Of a stretch of DNA of 64,000 bases, positions 56,911 through 64,000 are shown piece after piece. Position numbers and translations under genes: made by a program. The stretch's first letter is position 1, and every line of letters starts with the position of its first letter. The stretch spans positions 5,270,001 to 5,334,000 of the forward strand of contig OZ361256.1 of assembly GCA_977018835.1 (NCBI GenBank), written 5' to 3'. A model generated the notes under the pieces. The model was not told the DNA's origin and did not search any database. It worked only from the letters and a program-made list of their open reading frames with translations. This DNA is from Minutocellus sp. GHC0000111 (Eukaryota).

Positions 56911-58779
56911 TTATGACTCGCCCATCCATCCTGGTGCGAGAATGTTCATCACACCAACGACAATGGCGTACAGAACACTGAGCAACGTAATGGACAAGAA
57001 TATGAAGCCACCTATTCTGCTACCTGATAGACCATCCGTGTGCAACCTAACCAGGTCCTCCTTCGTCTTGGGCAACAGTCCAACGAACAATACGCCACTG
57101 ACCTGGAGTGCTGTAGTCAATATCGTTAGTTTGGTCATGCCAGACACATCTCCCGAGGCCAACGTTTCCTTCGATACGTCCCAGATACCGAGCATCATCG
57201 TGCTGATTGCCGAGCTGAGTCCCAGGGCGGAATTGTTGACAGTTGTAAACATGGCATAAGACGCTCCCTCGCTGCCAGTGGGACATAAGTGTACCATCAT
57301 AATCGTTGTGGGTAGAAACTGAATGCCCGAGATAAAGTCAGCGAACGCATCATCGCCGAGAGCAAATAAAAAGGGCGAAATTCCAAACGTAATGCCCTGA
57401 ATCAAAAGCACTTGCAATGCCGAGAAGACACCATTCAGCATCGTCGTTACAATGTAAACGGCTCGCCACGTCCACTTGATGAAGTAGTATTTGTAGGCCA
57501 TAATTCCCGCATAGAGCAAGACATATGCCACAATCAGCAGTATATTCAATTGATTGGCTGTAAATCCCAGTACGGTCTTGAGGAATTCCCTCCAGGCTGC
57601 ATTGCCCACTTGCAACAAATTGTACAGAAAGACGAATCCCATCGGCTGCCACACGGCACGGCTGCAGACTGTCTGCCAGATCTCGCCGCATTGGTCCTTG
57701 GTGGGTTTGACGGGCTGATTCTTCATTTCCCACAGGTTGTAGATCAGCGGCAGCATGGCCAAGGGCAGCAGTGCCATGATCGAAATGACAAGACCGGGAC
57801 TGTACTTGCTGTACAAAACCGTGCTGATCGGGGCGGCAACCATCAGGCCGAAGAAACGGCAGGCATAGCACGTGCTCTGCAGCTGTCCGCGCGACTCCGG
57901 TGGTTCCAGTTTTGCCTTTTCTGCCACTATACTATCGCCCATCACGTCGGCGAACCAAAATCCAGTGCCAAACAACAAAACGGCCAGACTGAAGGCCGGG
58001 ATCGAGGGGGCATTGGCCGGTGCCAAAGTGACCTCGACCTCCTCTCCGCTGTCATTGGTTTGCATCTCCCTCGTTAGGCTTAGGTCGCTGGTCATCATCA
58101 GAACCAGCATGGACAGACTTGCCAATAGCCAGCCGACGAACATGTACGATTTGCGCCGATATCCCCACAGGGGCACATTGTCAGACCAAAAACCGAAGAG
58201 AAGCTTGAAGGTGGAGGGCAGACCTCGGAGGGAGCTGATGGTGGCTTGTTGAGCTTCGGTCGCATTCAGATCGAGAGGATAGACGTTAATGAGAGGTCCC
58301 GACAGTCCCTGCAACAGACCGACGCATAAGTAGCAAGCCGGAACCGCCAAGTTCTCCCTCCGCAGCAACGATACCGGCCGAGGCAAGTGGGAGGGGAACA
58401 ACCATTCGACAAAATTGGTGGGCAGGACCGTCCATGGAAAAGCAAGCGGTCCGTCCGCTTCCGTGGGACCGTACTGCGCCAGCGACGAGCCCTTGACTCC
58501 GCCGTAGCTGTATCCCGTCTCATCGTCGCCGGTCGGTTCCATCTCGAACGGATCGACCATCTTGCCCTGACCGGGACGGGAGGGGGTGGATGTAGTGCCG
58601 TTCGCCCGCCCATTGCCATACGTAGCTTCACCGTCATTGCTGGTGTCGTCATCGTTCTCGTCGGGATCGTCGCGGTAGCGGCCGGCGGGGGGACCACCGC
58701 TGTTCGTGCTGCCGTTGCCTATTGTGCGATCGGGAGACAGCAGCGGGTCCTCCCTTGGGACGTTTGGGTGGGTCAGCAT
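56911..58779 (-). CDS. Folate/biopterin transporter (BT1/FBT family, MFS)
   Basis: FKLLFGFWSDNVPLWGYRRKSY, ADVMGDSIVAE, RGQLQS and LCPTGSEGASYA; about 12 TM segments. Confidence 0.92.
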   Translation of the reverse strand: MLTHPNVPREDPLLSPDRTIGNGSTNSGGPPAGRYRDDPDENDDDTSNDGEATYGNGRANGTTSTPSRPGQGKMVDPFEMEPTGDDETGYSYGGVKGSSLAQYGPTEADGPLAFPWTVLPTNFVEWLFPSHLPRPVSLLRRENLAVPACYLCVGLLQGLSGPLINVYPLDLNATEAQQATISSLRGLPSTFKLLFGFWSDNVPLWGYRRKSYMFVGWLLASLSMLVLMMTSDLSLTREMQTNDSGEEVEVTLAPANAPSIPAFSLAVLLFGTGFWFADVMGDSIVAEKAKLEPPESRGQLQSTCYACRFFGLMVAAPISTVLYSKYSPGLVISIMALLPLAMLPLIYNLWEMKNQPVKPTKDQCGEIWQTVCSRAVWQPMGFVFLYNLLQVGNAAWREFLKTVLGFTANQLNILLIVAYVLLYAGIMAYKYYFIKWTWRAVYIVTTMLNGVFSALQVLLIQGITFGISPFLFALGDDAFADFISGIQFLPTTIMMVHLCPTGSEGASYAMFTTVNNSALGLSSAISTMMLGIWDVSKETLASGDVSGMTKLTILTTALQVSGVLFVGLLPKTKEDLVRLHTDGLSGSRIGGFIFLSITLLSVLYAIVVGVMNILAPGWMGES

Positions 58780-59132
58780 CTTACCGGTAATATTGGTGCT
58801 TCTGCCTGTTTTGCCGGCGTTTCCATCAAGAGCACATAACAAAACACGTTTTGTTATGTGCTCTGTTTCAGGCCCAAGCGGCGCTGTGTTTGCTTGGTTT
58901 GGCTGTTTGCTTGCTTGCTGAATCGAATCGAATCGAATGACTTCAGAATGAATCGAATCGACTTACTCGACTCGCCTCGGCGAGGTTTCTGGCTCATGAA
59001 GGCAAATCTCATCACGAGGAGACCGCGAGCCGTTCAAGAGGCTTGGAACGATTGATGAATATTCGTGCGGGGAATCGGCACTGCACCTGACTCGACGACT
59101 CCCGTTCCATGCGAATGTTCATCTCTCTTCAC

Positions 59133-61645
59133 AATGCCACCTCCCTCATCGGCACCAGCCGCAACGGTATCCCGGCGACCAGCACAGCTACAGCCCCCAT
59201 CGACGGCGCGAGCGGCCAACCGAGCACCAGCAACCACCGCTAGGGCTAGCGCTGGACCACCACCACCGAGGAGAAGATCTTCGTTGCTACAAGAACGGCA
59301 ACATCAAGATCAGCAACCAGGAAGAAGAAGAAGAGAGATGGGCGCAACCAAGACCAAGGCACCGCCAAGTCCCAACGCGGTCAAGGTATCTCCCGCGCCG
59401 CACGCGCATGCCGCCGACAATAATGATTATGGATTCCAGGATTCAACCATCACCGACTACGACTACGCCGATAACGGCGACGATCGGAAGAAGAGGGCTG
59501 CCGAATCCACCCCAAAGAACAATAGCAAAGGCGCTATCAGCAGCACCGACACAGACAGTGATAACACGACCGATAAGGCCGCTGCTGCGAAACCTCCGCC
59601 AAACACCTCTCCTACCAACATGAGTACTCCACCCCGTCCCAAGACGGCATCTGCCGGTGATACCGGTGACGATAATCCCAAATTTTGTCAAGCACGGCCC
59701 GCCCATCCGTCTCTCACGTCCTCTCAAAGCAGTGTGGAGTCCTTCAAATCGCACGGTTTGTCGGAATTGAGCAAACAAATTCGCATCGCTCACGCAAAAA
59801 ATACTGCCATGGCTTCCGAGATTGAGAGATTGGAGCGACAGTAAGTTGACGCATATTGAATTGCACTCTAGAATATTATCTATCATGTTGATGATTGAAC
59901 TGGTTCATTGTGCCAAGACAATTCCTTGCACACAGCTCGTCGCTTACATACTAGTATATTTTCCTTCCTCAGACTTTGCCAGATTGAAGATCTTGGCGGA
60001 GCTCAAGGGCGTGTCCGTATCCGAGCTTCGCGATGCACTCGGCAGGGCATGTGCCGGCGAGGCTCACGCCGACTTGCGCACGCAGATCAACAAATTGAAA
60101 TCAGAGCTGGAGGCCGCCGAGCTCATCAACCAGGGCAAAGCTGCCGGGGCTGGTGGGAGTGGAGGTACCGGAGGTGCCAATGCAGCTGTTAACGATGGCG
60201 ATGCCAAAGGCGTGGCTCATGCCCATGATTCTGCGGGAACCATTATGACAGTCAATGCTCAAGCCTTTGAGAAGGAGGCATCGGACAAGGCCATTGCCAA
60301 CCTGCAGCTGCGAGTGGGTGAGTTAGAAGAGGTCGAGTCGATGCTTCGGTCGGAAATCGCTGGGTTGTATGATAAGCTACGTGACCAGAAGGCGGAGGAG
60401 GCGACTCTCAAATCAAAGCTAAGTAGCAAGGAGGCACAGATCGAGGAGCTACTGAAGTCTCTGCAGGTGGCTGATGAGGAGAAGGAGCGACAGCACAATG
60501 AAGCACGAGAGGCATTTGCGTCCAAGGAAGATGAATCCAATGCCGAGCTGTCCGCGGCTCGCAGGGCACAAGCCAAGGCCGAAATGGAGGCCATGAAGTA
60601 CAAGTCACGAATTCACGTGCTGGAGGAATCGCTCCGTGCCGCTCAGCTCGAGAGCAAGATCAAAGCCGATGAGGCTGCTTTACTCCAACAGCGGCTCGAG
60701 GCGCGGGAGAAGGATTTGCAGCTCAAGACCGAGCAGTATAATTCCCGTAGCGCGCAGCAGGAGGCCCGAATCAAGGATCTAGAAATGCAAATGGCCAGTT
60801 TGTATGCCGCCTTCGGACTTGTTCAGGAGGACAGAGGCGCCGAGACGGCTCGTCTCAACGAATTTGAACATTACCTGAATGATGCGGATACAGAGCTAGC
60901 TCGGCAATTGAATGAGGGGACACCCGGCACTCCTACGGTGGCTGTGCCCGCCGGGCCTCTCCCAGTTGGGAGCAAGGTGATTGTAAACACCCCCGAGCAT
61001 AGTGGAAAACGAGGTGTGGTCGTATCTGAGGTCGAGGAAGGTGGCAGCGGTGAACAACACGTCTACCTTGAAGAGAGCGACCAAACTCTTTCAGTGACTC
61101 CTGCCTGCCTTACACCGGAGGCTTCAGTTGTAAAGGCTGCCCGCGTGGTGTCCTCTTCCAGCCCCGCGGGGAGGGAGTTCAACAACAAGATTTTAGCCTC
61201 GGGCTATCTTCTCAAGCGTGGGCAGGGTCCAATGAAAAAATGGAATCGCCGCTACATGGTGCTTCGTGGTAGTTATGGCATTTACCAACTGGCCTGGGGT
61301 GAGAGCGCTGGCAGCAGAGCAAAGGGAACTGTCGGTATCGCCACAGGTGTTAGTACTGTGACCAAAACTAAGCAATTCGCCAGTGGTGGACACAAGTACA
61401 GTTTCGTACTGTCAGCGAATCCTCAGGATCCCAAGGCTCCTGTCTTTGTTGCATGTGCATCGTCCAAGGCCGACCTGGAGATGTGGATGAATTCTCTCCT
61501 GTACTGCTGCAAAGGAATTGATGCGCAGGGGAGCAATCTGACCCCGCTGGCCGGCTCTGGACATGGTAATGCCACATCAAACCAGGAAATGCGCGACCAA
61601 GAAATGGCCCGACGCCTTGCACAGTCGGGCTCCGAGTTCGCTTAG
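59133..61645 (+). CDS. Coiled-coil protein with C-terminal PH domain (intron 59841-59982)
   Basis: Phase-2 GT-AG intron joins ERQ to LKILAELKG. Long heptad region, then GYLLKRG..MKKWNRRYMVLR...DLEMWMNSL. Confidence 0.85.
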
Positions 61646-61814
61646 ATGAGTTCGACACTTTATGTTGTAATGTTAAAAAGTTTAGAAATGTTTGATAAAA
61701 CATTTGACCATCTGATCTGATACAGACGGTACTGCTATGTGCTTTTGACCTACTTTATGTACAGTACAGTAGTAACTTAGTAAAAATTCCTAGTCTCAAG
61801 CTAGGAAGCAGCTC

Positions 61815-62990
61815 TCATCCCAGCAGTCCATCCAATAAAATGTAGATTGAAATGGCGAACAACAGGGCCCAGAGAGGTATGCGATGGATCGCCTGCTCGA
61901 ATGGCTTTATCATGCTCACCCCCCAGGAAACAAGCACAATGAATGCAGCAGCAAGGATCGATCCACACAATAGCGATGGATACTGAATCGTGCGGCCCAG
62001 CAGCACTGCCGAAAATAAGGCCAAATCATCCAGAGTGCCGAAGAATGCGACAACCAGCAGTGTCCAAAGAGTATGCTTTTGTTTGGCTGGTGTTTCTTCC
62101 GATACTTTGCCTTTCTCGTCTGTTTGTTCGCTTTCGTTCTGTAACTCTGATTTTTCCTCACCACTAGAGTCAGTATCAACGGATGGTAAACTTTCATACT
62201 TTGACCCCTGTCGAATCTGTACATGGGATGGCAAAGGTTTCATCGGGATGCCTTCATCTTGCTCGTTTAATTGTTGCGCCTCTTCGTCATCATCCGATGC
62301 TGATTCACACTTTCTTACGGCGGCAACAAGAGATTCGTATTCTTCATCTGACGAATTGCTACTTCGTCGAGAGTAGGATTGCTGCGAAGTTTGAATTGTT
62401 GGCACTTCATCATCCTCGGATGATTTAGATGCAATAATATTATTCTTTTCTTCAGCGCCGTCGCCACATTCATTGTCGTCGTTATCGTCATCGGAGTCTT
62501 CTTCATCTCTCCAGTCCCTCCATTCTTTCAGCGCAAAGCCAGCGATACAAATGGAGGCTAAAATGCACAGCAACCTCGATGCCGTCCAGTAGAGCTCACG
62601 TTCATCATCCTCGTCGTCGTCTGTGCCGTCGCTGCCGTCCTCCTTCTTCGGTGCCAGCGCCTGTAGAAGGGCCTCAAATCCATAATTTGCCGTCACCTTT
62701 ATGAGCAAAGCCTCCATAGTCACTAAAATACACACTGCAGTATAAACCGCGCCGCAATGAAGCTTGTATACGACGTCTCCCTCCGTCATGGCAAGGAATG
62801 GAGATAGCCACAATACATCGTCTACGCTTGTTGTTAGCTTCAATACGAAGAACATGGCTGTTCCTGTGAAGAAACTCGGCAGGTCAACTACAGGTGCAGG
62901 GACGGCATCGGTGGACAGCATGGCCTCGCTTCCAGAGAGAAGCCCGGTCATATCTGCAGGTGCAAGCGCAGCATCGGTAGTGGACATCAT
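61815..62990 (-). CDS. Membrane protein resembling CadD/LysE-type cation transporters with a long acidic central loop
   Basis: Two hydrophobic halves with paired motifs LTTSVDDVLWL and FGTLDDLALF. Confidence 0.6.
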   Translation of the reverse strand: MMSTTDAALAPADMTGLLSGSEAMLSTDAVPAPVVDLPSFFTGTAMFFVLKLTTSVDDVLWLSPFLAMTEGDVVYKLHCGAVYTAVCILVTMEALLIKVTANYGFEALLQALAPKKEDGSDGTDDDEDDERELYWTASRLLCILASICIAGFALKEWRDWRDEEDSDDDNDDNECGDGAEEKNNIIASKSSEDDEVPTIQTSQQSYSRRSSNSSDEEYESLVAAVRKCESASDDDEEAQQLNEQDEGIPMKPLPSHVQIRQGSKYESLPSVDTDSSGEEKSELQNESEQTDEKGKVSEETPAKQKHTLWTLLVVAFFGTLDDLALFSAVLLGRTIQYPSLLCGSILAAAFIVLVSWGVSMIKPFEQAIHRIPLWALLFAISIYILLDGLLG

Positions 62991-63299
62991 GTCCTATGAG
63001 ACCATGCAAGAACTGAAGATACTAGTAGCAGGGCCGCATGCATCATCGCCGCAATGTGCTCGCCAGTTTCGTTCAGTTGGTTTTCGTTTGATGATGAGCC
63101 GGCAGATGTTTGACAAGTGACGGCCAACGGACAGACACTACAAGCAATCAGATTTAGGAATGAGTTGCGACTGAAATATGCGGTCGTTTCACGATTTTTG
63201 GCACCTTGAAGCATGGCTGACGCCACCCCTCTTTTGACTGTCCAGAAGAACAATGCCGCTCCCGCCGAGAGACCAGCGTTAGCAACAATCTCGCGGAAA

Positions 63300-64000
63300 A
63301 TGAGGGGCTCGAAATCAGCAACGAGCATCGTTTATCTGGCCCTTGGGCCGCTCATCGCATTGCAGGTCCAAAATGTGCAAGCCTTCACATCCATTTCACA
63401 TGACCACTGTCTTTCGAGAATGCGACAGAAATTGGTGTCACCGTCTGCTTGTGAGAATGTTGAGATCCCCGCCGCAACATTCACAAGTAGTTATGCCCAT
63501 TCAGCAGTGCCAGGAGCAAGCGAGCATTTTGACGAATCTATTCCAAATGATCTTCAAGAGACCACCACGACCACGGCATCAGCAACATCAGCGGAGGTAT
63601 CACGTCGCAGTGCTCTGACGACCTTGACCGCTCTTGCTCTCGGCGGACGGGCGTTGACACGAAAGCCCAAGCCCAGCTCGGCATCGTCAACGGCGAGCAT
63701 TGCCGTTACCAAGAGCATCCAGGAAAGTGCCGCCGCGGGGGGCACCGCTCTTCAGTCTCGCCCACCCGTCACGAAGAAGGGATTGGCGGCGACGGCGACA
63801 ATAGCGGCCGGTTGGGGTTCATCGGTGGATATGCCTACATATTCCACCGACAAGGCAAGGGGGTTGATTGCTGCTGCCAAGTCCAAGGCTACCGCCGTCG
63901 CTTCTGCACCACCTGTTATCAATCCCTTTCCCAACATTGAAACCGCAACATCTGGTGTAGGTAAAAGGATCAAGTCACGCATTTGCAATTGGACCAGCCG
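63300..64000 (+). CDS. 5' part of a predicted plastid-targeted protein, runs off the window
   Basis: Open frame from ATG 63300 to the window end: MRGSKSATSIVYLALGPLIALQVQNVQAF..., later SRRSALTTLTALALGG (twin-arginine-like). Not in the ORF track. Confidence 0.65.
   Translation, partial: MRGSKSATSIVYLALGPLIALQVQNVQAFTSISHDHCLSRMRQKLVSPSACENVEIPAATFTSSYAHSAVPGASEHFDESIPNDLQETTTTTASATSAEVSRRSALTTLTALALGGRALTRKPKPSSASSTASIAVTKSIQESAAAGGTALQSRPPVTKKGLAATATIAAGWGSSVDMPTYSTDKARGLIAAAKSKATAVASAPPVINPFPNIETATSGVGKRIKSRICNWTS

Noticed and set aside
58919..58970. (AATCG)n microsatellite, with a similar run at ~28742-28770
   Set aside because: Short simple repeat in upstream regions with no further structure evident.
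36620..62990. Metal-homeostasis gene cluster (PLAC8-like, CorA, CadD-like)
   Set aside because: The genes are dispersed among unrelated housekeeping genes, with no evidence of co-regulation.

Overview
Eukaryotic, gene-dense window that looks like a diatom (stramenopile) nuclear genome: short GT-AG introns, bipartite signal/plastid presequences with ASAF-like motifs, and Pro/Ser tetrapeptide-repeat surface proteins. The first ~13.2 kb is mobile DNA. It holds a degenerate, intron-containing Helitron (Zn finger, DUF6570-like region, HUH Rep, PIF1 helicase). An upstream exon encodes a ubiquitin-like domain ending in RMRGG that can be spliced in frame onto RepHel, and a ~24-nt motif recurs in several of its introns and at its 3' end. 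Next is a DD39D Tc1/mariner element (9749-13212) with TA target duplication and ~22-bp TIRs. The rest is about 20 host genes: a saccharopine dehydrogenase-like enzyme, a SpoU methyltransferase, a ~9 kb cNMP-kinase-IQ-DENN fusion, a securin-like candidate, a 7TM receptor, a DUF11/PS-repeat surface protein, a PLAC8-like/PrsW protease fusion, CorA, mL49, a bacterial-type PARG homologue, RPT6, Sec14, a BT1 transporter, a PH coiled-coil protein and a CadD-like protein. Many host genes contain single in-frame stops or frameshifts, from either assembly error or a decaying haplotype. Domain calls come from manual motif recognition, not database searches.
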